A program made the position numbers and the translations under genes. A model generated the notes under the pieces. That model ran no database searches. It was not told the DNA's origin and worked only from the letters and a program-made list of their open reading frames with translations. From contig JAWLBH010000001.1 in assembly GCA_041395025.1 (NCBI GenBank), positions 1,230,001-1,262,000 on the forward strand: a DNA stretch of 32,000 nucleotides, written 5' to 3'. Origin of the DNA: Chlamydiales bacterium (GTDB taxonomy: Bacteria > Chlamydiota > Chlamydiia > Chlamydiales > JAAKFR01). This document shows, piece after piece, positions 16,982 through 26,893 of this stretch; the stretch's first letter is position 1, and the number at the start of each line of letters is the position of its first letter.

Positions 16982-18018
16982 TCGAGGCATGGGAATATGG
17001 TTTGATGATTTTTTGGTATATTGTCTTTGTAGTATCAGTAGCATGTTACGGTATGCTTGATGGTTTTGATTTAGGTGTGGGATCTTTACATCTATTTGTC
17101 AAAAAAGATGAAGAAAGACGCATTTTTCTTAATGCAATCGGCCCTGTTTGGGATGGAAATGAAGTTTGGCTTGTGATTGTTGTTGGAGGTATGTTTGCAG
17201 GATTTCCTTCTGCTTATGCGACTTTTTTTTCCGCTTTCTATATCCCTATCTACTTTTTAATATTTGCATTAATTTTTCGTGCAGTTGCTATTGAATTTCG
17301 TAGTAAGCTTCCGACAAGATGGTGGAGATCCTCTTGGGATGTTCTTTTCTTTCTTGCGAGTGTCGTGATCGCATTTGGGCTCGGGGTCGCTTTGGGTAAT
17401 CTTATTCAAGGCATTCCACTAAATGAAGATCATGAATATATTGGGGAGATGATTTTAACTTTTCTACGTCCTTATCCTATTCTTGTAGGGATTCTGACTC
17501 TTTCTCTTTTCACATTACACGGGACAATTTACCTTGTGATGAAAACAGAAAAAAGCCTGCAGAGTCAATTGATAAGATGGCTTCGTCCTACATTAATTTT
17601 TTTCATTATCTCCTATGCGATTACTACCGTAGTCACCTTAATCTACCAAGAGCATATGGTAGAGACGATTCGTGAGCGCTCTTATCTTTTTTTTATTGCA
17701 CTTGCTAACATTTTCGTAGTAGCTAATATTCCTCGCGAATTTGACAAGCATCGTTATGGATGGGCATTTATTTGTTCTTGCATCAATATTGCTTTGCTTT
17801 TAATCCTTTATGCCTTAGGTTCTTTTCCTAACTTAATTCGTTCCAGTATCAATCCTGAATTAAACAGTATTACTTTAATTAATGCAGCTTCTTCTACTAA
17901 GACATTGAGCATTCTTTCATTGATTGTCTTCATTGGTTTGCCATTAGTTTTTGGCTATGGCTTTTTTATCTACCGTCTTTTTCGTGGAAAAGTTAAGTTA
18001 GACCATATGAGCTATTGA
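16978..18018 (+). CDS. cydB: Cytochrome bd ubiquinol oxidase subunit II
   Basis: 346 aa. GFDLGVGSL and GPVWDGNEVWLV motifs, with a 4-nt ATGA overlap with cydA. Confidence 0.93.
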   Translation: MIEAWEYGLMIFWYIVFVVSVACYGMLDGFDLGVGSLHLFVKKDEERRIFLNAIGPVWDGNEVWLVIVVGGMFAGFPSAYATFFSAFYIPIYFLIFALIFRAVAIEFRSKLPTRWWRSSWDVLFFLASVVIAFGLGVALGNLIQGIPLNEDHEYIGEMILTFLRPYPILVGILTLSLFTLHGTIYLVMKTEKSLQSQLIRWLRPTLIFFIISYAITTVVTLIYQEHMVETIRERSYLFFIALANIFVVANIPREFDKHRYGWAFICSCINIALLLILYALGSFPNLIRSSINPELNSITLINAASSTKTLSILSLIVFIGLPLVFGYGFFIYRLFRGKVKLDHMSY

Positions 18019-18027
18019 TCAATCTCA

Positions 18028-18052
18028 TAGATCTCCTAAGGAAGGAGACCTA
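18028..18052. terminator. Candidate hairpin terminator between convergent cydB and the SH3 gene
   Basis: TAGATCTCC-taaggaa-GGAGACCTA. A 9 bp stem with one mismatch, followed by a weak T-rich tract. Confidence 0.35.
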
Positions 18053-18065
18053 TTGATTTATCGTC

Positions 18066-19286
18066 TTATTCTATCGAAAGGACATGATAAGCTGGAAAGG
18101 CAAAATTATTGTTAGGACGTGGAGAGGCCATCAAAGTGACTCTTTTCCCTACCAGTCGATCGAGGTTAATTTTTGTGCTATAAAGAAAAGCAATTGGAAG
18201 AGTTTCATTTCTTAAGAGATAATCACCAGGACGATTTTTAACTGGACGGTCGTACGGCTCAATAATGCCTGCAAGAATAGTTGCATTAGCTTCTTCAAGA
18301 TTATAAAAACTTTCTATATCTTGCTCTTCATTACGAGCTAGCCAGAGATGAAAAAAAGAATCTTCAAGAGGTTTCCATGCCAGCATCTTATCAGTGATTT
18401 CTTGATCACTTAAGCTTGCTACACCCATTGTATTAGCTGCAGTTTCCCCAATTTCTGAAAACTTAAACTTGTTCTCTTCGTAAATAGGGTCGATGGCAAT
18501 CCCTAGTTTAGCAAGTCGATCAATATGAGTAGGAGTTAATTGGATAGGATGATTTTGATTTTTGTTATCAAGAAAAGCCATTTTTTTATGAGCATAAATA
18601 TCTTGAATCACAGAATGTGCTTCTTGGACTCTTTCTAAAATATCAGGAAGATCTGAGTAATTGTTAGTGAGTTTTTCAAAATTCATATTAATTGTATCGA
18701 AATCAATTTGTTCAAAAGATTTCTGAATTTGTCCTTGAGCAAAAAGAAATGCAGCACTAAGAAGATGGGTTGCTTCACGGTGGCGTTTTTCCATAGTGGC
18801 AATTAATTCGACGGGACCTACATCTTCAATATACTCTTTAGCAATATAGAAGTGGCTTGAAGCAGGGAGATCAATCTCTAACCATTTATTATTCACATCA
18901 CTGACAGTACCTTCAACACGGTCTCCTGTATTGATTTTTGCAACAATAGGCGCATCAATATCTGGATAAAGGCGAACATTGACACGATCACCCTCTACAT
19001 ACCCATCAAAGACAAAGGTACGAAATACATATCCTTTCATCTCTTTTTTTGGCTCTATCATGTAATAATCACCTTCTTCACCTAAGATAGCAAATAGCTG
19101 GCCCTTTCGTGTTTCACAGACCACATGCGCGTCTGCAGAGGGTTGGGTACGCATACGCACTTTTGAACCAACTATTTTCCCTGTAAAGGATTTAAATAAT
19201 GAATTTGTTTTCTCTTGGTTTGCATTCAAAACGATTGAAAAAGATGCGAAAAAGCAGATAACAAAGAGTTTTTTTAACATGATCAC
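18066..19286 (-). CDS. Secreted protein with two bacterial SH3 (SH3b) domains, candidate Ctad1/CT017-like adhesin
   Basis: 406 aa. Signal peptide MLKKLFVICFFASFSIVLNA. Two SH3b-like repeats: GSKVRMRTQPSADAHVVCETRKGQLFAILGEEGDYYMIE and GDRVNVRLYPDIDAPIVAKINTGDRVEGTVSDVNNKWLEIDL. Confidence 0.7.
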   Translation of the reverse strand: MIMLKKLFVICFFASFSIVLNANQEKTNSLFKSFTGKIVGSKVRMRTQPSADAHVVCETRKGQLFAILGEEGDYYMIEPKKEMKGYVFRTFVFDGYVEGDRVNVRLYPDIDAPIVAKINTGDRVEGTVSDVNNKWLEIDLPASSHFYIAKEYIEDVGPVELIATMEKRHREATHLLSAAFLFAQGQIQKSFEQIDFDTINMNFEKLTNNYSDLPDILERVQEAHSVIQDIYAHKKMAFLDNKNQNHPIQLTPTHIDRLAKLGIAIDPIYEENKFKFSEIGETAANTMGVASLSDQEITDKMLAWKPLEDSFFHLWLARNEEQDIESFYNLEEANATILAGIIEPYDRPVKNRPGDYLLRNETLPIAFLYSTKINLDRLVGKRVTLMASPRPNNNFAFPAYHVLSIE

Positions 19287-19459
19287 CTCATTTTATTTCA
19301 TCTAAATTTGTACGTATTCAATCTTAATATATCAAGGGAAAAAAGAAGAAAGAGATTGGATGAATTATAAAAATAAGATCAATTAGATTGATAATTTTAG
19401 ATAGGATTAAGACAAGTAAGTCTCCATGTTCTTTTTAACACTTGGAGCCATTCACATCC

Positions 19460-20218
19460 TTAACTGTGTAATAATACTGCTTTAATATGTTCGCAATTTG
19501 CTTGCCCACAGGTACATCCTAATGGAGTCCCTAGATAAACTGTATAGTGTTCTTTAGAATCAAGAGGATTTGTGACAATATAAATTTTATCACTTTCACT
19601 ACTTTCTTTAATATTCCAAGTACGAAACTTGAGATCTTCTTCGGTCACGAGACTATCTTCTTGCATGTCATTTTTAGGAATATGATGAATTGCACGTGCA
19701 AGCTGGCAATGTGTACAGTTACAATGAGGTTCAGGTTTTGGAAATGCTTCCAAATCTCCCCCCATAAACAATTTGGCCATTCCAACTGCTTTTTCTAAGA
19801 CTTCTAATGGCATATCTGGAGTATCTGCTTGCTCTTGGTTATGTTGAAAAGCAGACTCTAGGTTTTCAATTCCAGGAATGCCTCCAGAAATTCCAAAACG
19901 AATAGGAATATTTGAAAGCTGCTCGGGAGATAGACCCATTAATTGTTGGATTAAACTTCCAAATGTCTTGTTTCCTCCCTCAGGTTTATCTGATCGGCTT
20001 TTTCCTTCCAAATATTTCATATGAGAAGAGAAAGCAATATCTATTAGAGCCGCTTCAATTTCTGGAATTTCCACAATTTTATTCTCAGCAAGACGTAGAA
20101 TTAACTTATATTTTTTAGTTGTAGAATTCTCTTCTGCTTGAAGAAGTTTGACGTGTTCCCATGTCGTTGAAATATGTGGAGGGATGCAGATGAGTTTTTC
20201 GTTGATTTTTACTTTCAT
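19460..20218 (-). CDS. Hypothetical protein with a C-terminal SWIM-type zinc finger
   Basis: 252 aa. GCTCGQANCEHIKAVL fits the CxCxnCxH SWIM pattern. A second Cys/His cluster, PHCNCTHCQLARAIHH, lies upstream of it. Confidence 0.6.
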   Translation of the reverse strand: MKVKINEKLICIPPHISTTWEHVKLLQAEENSTTKKYKLILRLAENKIVEIPEIEAALIDIAFSSHMKYLEGKSRSDKPEGGNKTFGSLIQQLMGLSPEQLSNIPIRFGISGGIPGIENLESAFQHNQEQADTPDMPLEVLEKAVGMAKLFMGGDLEAFPKPEPHCNCTHCQLARAIHHIPKNDMQEDSLVTEEDLKFRTWNIKESSESDKIYIVTNPLDSKEHYTVYLGTPLGCTCGQANCEHIKAVLLHS

Positions 20219-20500
20219 AGAGCCCTCAATTATTGATTTAACTTTAGTTTAAACGAGCTAAAGATTTCAAGCAAGTATTTTTAGCGGTCTTATGTAAAGA
20301 GTGCTAAATTTAAAGATGCTTTTGAAAAAAGCATATGAATATTTATATCAATTTAGATAATTTAAATTATTAGAAATATTTTAATTTTTAGATGATCGTA
20401 GAAATGAGACGATGAGAATTTCTCGAGAGATCTTTTGATAAATTTCTTGAAACTCTTGTAATAAGATTATGACATTTTTTTCAATAATTTGAGGTAAAAT

Positions 20501-21820
20501 TTGATTGATAGGCAAACATTTGTTCTTGATACGAGTGTCCTCTTGCACGATCCGGATGCACTGACTGCTTTTGGGAATAACGATGTAGTGATTCCTTTAG
20601 CTGTTCTTGAAGAAATTGGAGATAGAAAATCTTTTCGTGGCGAACTTCCTAAAAATAGCAGAGAGATTTTACAGGCTTTTGAATCTCTTAAAAAGATGGG
20701 TAAGGGAGATTTTTATCAAGGGATTATCTTGCCCAACGGCACTCGCATTCGGATTCAGCTAGAAGTGAATAAAAAGTCCCATAGTTCACACTTTTCTATT
20801 TCTTTAAGCTCTACTACTCACACTATTTTGATGACTGCTTATTTTCTTTTTGAAAGTGGAGAAAGAGTAGTAGTAGTTACAAAAGATTTAGCCATGAGAG
20901 TTAAGGCTGAAGCTATGGGTCTTAAAGCCCAAGACTATGGAAAACAAAAATTTTCTTATGAAGGTCTCTACAAGGGTTATCGGAAAATCCTTCTTCCCAA
21001 ACATGAGATTGATCTGTTTTTTAAAGATGGAGAGGTAGTGCCTTCATCTTCTGAAAACTCTTTTTTCCCAAATGAATATTGTCTGATGACAGCGGTTGAG
21101 GATTCTTTTGCTGTGGGAAAATATGATTTAAATAGGCAAAAAATTGTTTCTCTAATTGAGAGTCCAGAGAGTATTTGGGGGATTCAACCGTTAAATATTA
21201 AGCAAAGATGTGCAATAGATCTTCTTCTAAGAGATGAGATTAAACTTATTACGATGATTGGTCCTGCTGGAACTGGTAAGACGATGCTTGCTTTAGCAGC
21301 AGGATTAAGGAAGGTATTTGATGAGAGAATATATAAACGGATTTTAGTCAGTCGTCCGATTATTCCTTTAGGTCGAGATATTGGGTATTTACCAGGCATG
21401 AAAGATGAAAAACTTTCTCACTGGATGCAGCCAATTTACGATAATCTCGAATACTTATGCCAGTCACATGATAATGCACCTAATGAAACATTACGTTGGG
21501 TCATGGAAGGTAAAAAATTGGAAATGGAGGCAGTGACCTATATCCGTGGTCGGACATTACCAAAGATTTATATGATTATTGATGAGGCACAAAATCTTAC
21601 ACCTCATGAAGTAAAAACTATTATTTCACGAGCTGGTCAAGATACGAAAGTCGTATTAACTGGGGATCCAACACAGATTGATAATCCCTATTTAGATAAG
21701 CATTCAAATGGATTAACTTATCTTGTAGAGTGTTTTAAAAAAGAAAAGATCTATGGTCATATTTTTATGGACAAGACAGAACGTTCTGAACTGGCTGCTT
21801 TAGCAGCAGAGATTATGTAA
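20501..21820 (+). CDS. phoH: PIN-domain plus PhoH-like ATPase (YlaK/PhoH2-type)
   Basis: 439 aa. TTG start with a GAGG SD upstream. The N-terminal PIN region starts FVLDTSVLLHDP. Walker A is GPAGTGKT and Walker B is IIDEAQN, followed by LTGDPTQID. Confidence 0.9.
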   Translation: MIDRQTFVLDTSVLLHDPDALTAFGNNDVVIPLAVLEEIGDRKSFRGELPKNSREILQAFESLKKMGKGDFYQGIILPNGTRIRIQLEVNKKSHSSHFSISLSSTTHTILMTAYFLFESGERVVVVTKDLAMRVKAEAMGLKAQDYGKQKFSYEGLYKGYRKILLPKHEIDLFFKDGEVVPSSSENSFFPNEYCLMTAVEDSFAVGKYDLNRQKIVSLIESPESIWGIQPLNIKQRCAIDLLLRDEIKLITMIGPAGTGKTMLALAAGLRKVFDERIYKRILVSRPIIPLGRDIGYLPGMKDEKLSHWMQPIYDNLEYLCQSHDNAPNETLRWVMEGKKLEMEAVTYIRGRTLPKIYMIIDEAQNLTPHEVKTIISRAGQDTKVVLTGDPTQIDNPYLDKHSNGLTYLVECFKKEKIYGHIFMDKTERSELAALAAEIM

Positions 21821-21950
21821 AGCAAATGTCTTAGGTTTAACTTCAATTTAGATCGATCTATAAGAGATGATTTAGCTGAGATTAATAAGAGTTAAAAAAT
21901 AACAATCTTTTTATGATCATATAGTATTTGTTTTTTTAATATTTTAATTA

Positions 21951-22907
21951 ATGATAAAAATCTCTCTAATTAATTTTTTTATGAAGACTCTTTGTATTTT
22001 TTTTATCCTTTTTTCTACAATTTTTTCTTTAGATGCTTTGGAGAAGCAAGAAGCTTCAGTATTTGCAGGAAATGTTATTGCTTCATCAGCTTTAAATACA
22101 GAAACAGGGTTGTTTGATCACCAAATATTTTTATCTTTTACCCATTTAAATGGATTTTATGACAATCAGAGCCAGTTAGTTTCAGATGTAAATATGAATA
22201 AATATGGATTTGAATTACAGATGACATATGGATTAATCAAGAATGTCGATTTTACTCTCGATATACCTGGATATCAGATTCATAATCGGGGAAGAAGTAG
22301 TTTTAGTTTTGGGGATATAAGAGCGTATTTTGGTTTTCAGCTGATACAAGAAGGAAAAATTCGCTATGCTCCTACGATTCGATTTTTAGTGGGAGAGATA
22401 TTTCCTTCGGGAAAATATGATTTTTTAGATGAATGGTTTGGAGGAGGAGATGGATCAGGTATTGGTGCTTTTTCAACTTTTTTGATGTTCATTGCAAGTC
22501 AGACATATTTTCAATCTCATCCGTTAAGATGGACATTGAATGTGTATTATGCACTCTATACAAAAGCAAATCTCATGGGAAAAAACGTCTATACTGATTT
22601 TCCGGGCGAAGTCAAACCCGGAGCACAGTTGACTACAGATCTTGCTTTTGAGTATAAATTTAATGCATCATGGGGGTGTGGAATGGATATCTTTTTTGAA
22701 CAACAAAATAGTTCCGCTTTTCATAGTTTTTTTCCAGAAGATCCCATTTCTCATCTACCTTCTTCTTATACTTTAAGTTTGGCTCCTTCAATTGAATATA
22801 ATTTTAATGAAAAAATGAATATGATTTTTGGGTCATGGTGCACCTTAGTGGGAAGAAATGACTTTTCTTTTCAAACCATGCTATTTGGATTCACTTACGA
22901 ATTTTAA
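21951..22907 (+). CDS. Putative outer-membrane beta-barrel protein
   Basis: 318 aa. Signal-like MKTLCIFFILFSTIFSLDA; the true start may be the internal ATG at 21981. Alternating aromatic/polar strands and a C-terminal FGFTYEF ending in Phe. Confidence 0.55.
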   Translation: MIKISLINFFMKTLCIFFILFSTIFSLDALEKQEASVFAGNVIASSALNTETGLFDHQIFLSFTHLNGFYDNQSQLVSDVNMNKYGFELQMTYGLIKNVDFTLDIPGYQIHNRGRSSFSFGDIRAYFGFQLIQEGKIRYAPTIRFLVGEIFPSGKYDFLDEWFGGGDGSGIGAFSTFLMFIASQTYFQSHPLRWTLNVYYALYTKANLMGKNVYTDFPGEVKPGAQLTTDLAFEYKFNASWGCGMDIFFEQQNSSAFHSFFPEDPISHLPSSYTLSLAPSIEYNFNEKMNMIFGSWCTLVGRNDFSFQTMLFGFTYEF

Positions 22908-23132
22908 ATAGATTGAAAAGGATTTCACTTATGATTTTTCATCTTCTTTTGATCCATTTTTAAAATTTATCTATTGGTTTAAAAAATCATTTAGTCGTCT
23001 TGGTCCAATATTTTTTTTATCGATAAAAAATAATTTCTTTTTGAATAAAGCAAAGATTCGTTTAAATAGAAATTTTTAAAGAATCAGGTTAGATGGACTT
23101 GAAAAAATTTCTATTAAATTAACTATATCATT

Positions 23133-24011
23133 TTGATAATGAAAAAAATACGCATCATTTTTCTTGCTTTAATTTTTCTTGCGATTGTTATTTTCACTAT
23201 CTTCTATTTCATGATTCATGACGTTACCCTCCTTAAACCAGATGGTTTAATTGGGATAAAAGAGAGAAATCTTTTAATTGATTCTTCTTTGATTATGCTT
23301 CTCATTGTCATTCCGACAATTGTTCTTTGTTTAGCATTTGCTTGGATTTATCGGGCAAGTAATAAAAAAGCTAAATACACTCCTAAATGGGCAGAAAGTA
23401 CCTTGGCAGAGGTAATATGGTGGTGTATTCCTTTTATTATTGTCATTATTATCAGTGTGATGACTTGGAAAACAAGTATTGAGCTTAATCCATTTCGTCC
23501 AATTGAGACAGATAAAAAAGAGCTTACAATTCAGGTGGTTGCTCTTCAGTGGAAGTGGGTATTTCTCTATCCGGAAGAAGGGATTGCAACAGTAAATTAT
23601 CTTCAAATTCCAATTGAAACGCCAATTCGTTTTGAAATTTCAGCTGAGGCACCGATGAATTCTTTTTGGATTCCTGACCTTGGAGGACAGATTTATGCGA
23701 TGCCAGCTATGCGGTCGATTCTATATTTAATTGCAAATCAAGAAGGGGATTTTACAGGATATTCTGCGAATATTAGTGGAAAAGGATTTGCTGAAATGAC
23801 ATTTCAAACACATGCAACATCAAAAGAGAGCTTTGATAATTGGGTGAGTACAGTCCAAGAGTCTTCGGATTCAATGGATTATTCCGTGTATCAAGAGCTT
23901 GTTCAACCCACTACGAATCACCCCATAGCTACCTACCACCTTAAGCAGAAAGATCTTTTTGATAAGATTTTGAATCAATATAAGCCATTAAGAAACAATG
24001 AGGATATATGA
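23133..24011 (+). CDS. cyoA: Cytochrome bo3-type ubiquinol oxidase subunit II
   Basis: 292 aa, colinear with E. coli CyoA as recalled (AWIYRASNKKAKYTPKW, MNSFWIPDLGGQIYAMPAM). The CuA ligand motif is absent (YSANISGKGFAEM), as in quinol oxidases. Start is TTG 23133 or ATG 23139. Confidence 0.92.
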   Translation: MIMKKIRIIFLALIFLAIVIFTIFYFMIHDVTLLKPDGLIGIKERNLLIDSSLIMLLIVIPTIVLCLAFAWIYRASNKKAKYTPKWAESTLAEVIWWCIPFIIVIIISVMTWKTSIELNPFRPIETDKKELTIQVVALQWKWVFLYPEEGIATVNYLQIPIETPIRFEISAEAPMNSFWIPDLGGQIYAMPAMRSILYLIANQEGDFTGYSANISGKGFAEMTFQTHATSKESFDNWVSTVQESSDSMDYSVYQELVQPTTNHPIATYHLKQKDLFDKILNQYKPLRNNEDI

Positions 24012-25966
24012 ATTTTTGGCAAGGTAGGTTCACTACAGAAGTATTTAAACATGATTGGATTGAGTATATGGCAGGAGCCTCAATGGTTTTAGGTCTCCTA
24101 ACTGTCATTATAGCTATTACCTATTTCAAAAAATGGAAATGGCTTTGGCGAGAGTGGTTAACTACTGTAGATCATAAGAAAATTGGAATTATGTATCTCA
24201 TTGTTTCCGCGATGATGCTTTTTAAAGGGTTAATTGATGCAGGAATGATGCGTGCACAACAAGCAATAGCTTTTGGCGATTCATTAGGATATTTGGGGGC
24301 TGATCATTTTCAACAGATTTTTACTGCTCATGGAGCAACCATGATTTTTTTTGTGGCAATGGGAGTGATTTTTGGAATTATTAACTTAATTATTCCGCTA
24401 CAAATTGGAGCACGTGATGTGGCGTTTCCCTTGCTTAATTCAATAAGTTTTTGGCTTTTTAGCGCCGGATCTCTTTATATCCTTGTTTCTCTTATCTTAG
24501 GTTTTTTTGCTGGTACAGGATGGAGTGCATACCCTCCTCTTGCTGGGCTAAAATATAATCCTGGAGTTGGAGTGGACTATTGGATATGGATGATTCAGAT
24601 ATCAGGGTTAGGTACTACTCTTTCTGGGGTAAATTTTTTAGTGACTATTTTAAAAATGCGCTGTCCAGGTATGACATTGATGCGGATGCCTATCTTTGTG
24701 TGGACTGTGCTTGTGACAATGGTTCTTGTAATTTTTGCTTTTCCTATTTTAACAGCAACAACAGGCATGCTCTTAACAGATCGTCTTTTAGGTACGCATA
24801 TTTTTACCTCCGATTATGGGGGAAATCCAATGATGTATATCAATTTATTTTGGGCTTGGGGACACCCAGAAGTTTACATCCTTATTCTACCTGCTTTTGG
24901 ATTTTTTTCTGAAATTGTGCCTGTTTTTTCACAAAAACGTCTTTTTGGTTATACATCGATGGTATGGGCAACCATCGCAATTGCCTTTCTTTCTTTTATT
25001 GTTTGGCTCCACCATTTCTACACTATGGGAGCTGGTCCATATGTCAATGCTTTTTTTGGAATGATGACTGTAATAATTTCTGTGCCAACAGGAGTAAAAA
25101 TTTTTAATTGGCTTTTTACAATGGCACGTGGAAGAGTTTTGTTTACAACACCTATGTACTGGTTTATTGGGTTTGTGGTGATTTTTACATTTGGGGGGAT
25201 GGCAGGTGTCATCTTATCTATTCCAGCAGTAGATTTTCAGTTGCATAATAGTTTATTTTTAGTGGCCCATTTTCATTCAGTCATCATTGGAGGTGTGTTA
25301 TTTGCGATTTTTTCTGCTTATACTTTTTGGTTTCCAAAGTTTTCAGGGTTTCGGTTAAATGAAACGTGGGGGAAATGGGCATTTTGGTTTTGGTTTTTTG
25401 GATTTATTATTGCATTTTTACCTCTCTATCTACTTGGTTTAGATGGAATGACAAGGCGATTAAATCATTATAATAATCCTAATTGGCAACCACTACTTAT
25501 GATTGCTTTTTTAGGATTTCTATTAATATTTATTGGTTTCATCTGTCAATTGATTCAGTTGTACGTCAGTATTAAACAGCGAAAAAAAGGAGAAGATATG
25601 ACAGATCCTTGGAATGGGTATAATCTCGAATGGTCAACTAGCTCGCCTCCACCTTTTTATAATTATGCATCTATTCCAAAAGTAGATAGTCGTGATGCGT
25701 TTATGGAATCTAAAAAATTGAAAATAGAGAGAATTCCTTCCTATCATGATATTCATATGCCTAAAAATTCTTCAATTGGGCTACTGATCGGGTGTTTCAG
25801 CTTTTTTTTAGGGTTTGCAATGGTATTTTATCTCTATTGGCTTGCCAGCATTTGTTTTATTGGAATTCTTACTTGTCTTATTAGACGACTTTATCAATCA
25901 GAAACCGAATATACCCTGACAGCTGAAGAAGTCAGAAAGATTGAAAAAAGGAGAGGGCACGTATGA
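24008..25966 (+). CDS. cyoB: Cytochrome bo3-type ubiquinol oxidase subunit I (heme-copper oxidase)
   Basis: 652 aa. TVDHKKIGIMYL, WAWGHPEVYILILPAFG and VAHFH motifs, with an ATGA overlap with cyoA. Confidence 0.95.
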   Translation: MNFWQGRFTTEVFKHDWIEYMAGASMVLGLLTVIIAITYFKKWKWLWREWLTTVDHKKIGIMYLIVSAMMLFKGLIDAGMMRAQQAIAFGDSLGYLGADHFQQIFTAHGATMIFFVAMGVIFGIINLIIPLQIGARDVAFPLLNSISFWLFSAGSLYILVSLILGFFAGTGWSAYPPLAGLKYNPGVGVDYWIWMIQISGLGTTLSGVNFLVTILKMRCPGMTLMRMPIFVWTVLVTMVLVIFAFPILTATTGMLLTDRLLGTHIFTSDYGGNPMMYINLFWAWGHPEVYILILPAFGFFSEIVPVFSQKRLFGYTSMVWATIAIAFLSFIVWLHHFYTMGAGPYVNAFFGMMTVIISVPTGVKIFNWLFTMARGRVLFTTPMYWFIGFVVIFTFGGMAGVILSIPAVDFQLHNSLFLVAHFHSVIIGGVLFAIFSAYTFWFPKFSGFRLNETWGKWAFWFWFFGFIIAFLPLYLLGLDGMTRRLNHYNNPNWQPLLMIAFLGFLLIFIGFICQLIQLYVSIKQRKKGEDMTDPWNGYNLEWSTSSPPPFYNYASIPKVDSRDAFMESKKLKIERIPSYHDIHMPKNSSIGLLIGCFSFFLGFAMVFYLYWLASICFIGILTCLIRRLYQSETEYTLTAEEVRKIEKRRGHV

Positions 25967-26559
25967 AAGCCTCGAATCAGAGGATAAAAGCAGATTCTTA
26001 TCAAATTTATTCAAGGACTATTTTTGGTTTTTGGATCTACCTTATGACAGATTTCATGCTTTTTACCACTCTTTTCGCAACGTATGCTGTGCTTCATCAT
26101 AATGTTTTTGAGGGGCCTTCAGGTCGAGATCTATTCAATTTACGAGATATTCTTTTGCAGACACTCGTTTTTTTAATTAGTAGTTGTCTGATGGGTTTCG
26201 GTAGTGTAATGGCCCACCGAAGAGATAAAAAATGGACAGTATTTCTTTTTATAAGCGTGTTTTTATTAGGCACTATTTTTTTTTGGATGGGAATCCAAGG
26301 ACTTTCTTATCTTGTAATTCATGGATATAATTGGCAACAGAGTGCCTTTTTATCGATATATTTTACAATTATTGGGACATATAATTTACATCTTCTATTT
26401 GCCTTACTTTGGCTTATTGTCTTTATGATACCTGTAATTAAATATGGTTTAACAGATGTAAGTATTAGACGTCTTACATGTTTACGGATATTTTGGCAAT
26501 TTTTAGGAATAATTTGGATCTTTATTTTTACTGTGGTTTATTTACTAGGAGTAATATAA
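25963..26559 (+). CDS. cyoC: Cytochrome bo3-type ubiquinol oxidase subunit III
   Basis: 198 aa, a 5-TM protein in the expected operon position, with an ATGA overlap with cyoB. Confidence 0.88.
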   Translation: MKASNQRIKADSYQIYSRTIFGFWIYLMTDFMLFTTLFATYAVLHHNVFEGPSGRDLFNLRDILLQTLVFLISSCLMGFGSVMAHRRDKKWTVFLFISVFLLGTIFFWMGIQGLSYLVIHGYNWQQSAFLSIYFTIIGTYNLHLLFALLWLIVFMIPVIKYGLTDVSIRRLTCLRIFWQFLGIIWIFIFTVVYLLGVI

Positions 26560-26892
26560 ATGATTGAACCTAGTCATAATTGGAATACTAGCTTTAAGCC
26601 TGTCATTTGGGGATTCATTCTTTCGATTGTTTTTACATTAGTTACTTACTTTATTGTTGTGGAAAATCTCATCTTAGGATGGAAATTGATCACTATTTTA
26701 ATGGGATTCACAATTACACAAGGAATCTCACAGTTAATATGCTATCTCCATTTGGGTATTGAATTAAAGCCTCGTTGGAACTTGATGTTGTTTTGTTTCA
26801 TGTGCTTTTTAATGGTAATTATTCTTACCGGAACTATATGGATTATGGATAATCTTAGTTATCACTTAGTTCCACATTTAGTGAGGGTATAG
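26560..26892 (+). CDS. cyoD: Cytochrome bo3-type ubiquinol oxidase subunit IV
   Basis: 110 aa, a 3-TM protein that starts immediately at the cyoC stop, in the expected operon position. Confidence 0.85.
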   Translation: MIEPSHNWNTSFKPVIWGFILSIVFTLVTYFIVVENLILGWKLITILMGFTITQGISQLICYLHLGIELKPRWNLMLFCFMCFLMVIILTGTIWIMDNLSYHLVPHLVRV

Positions 26893-26893
26893 C

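Noticed and set aside
19547-25212. Assorted internal or antisense ORFs (19547-19798, 19912-20118, 21184-21399, 23331-23606, 24580-24912, 25018-25212)
   Set aside because: Each is nested in a longer ORF that has clear family motifs (SWIM protein, phoH, cyoA, cyoB).
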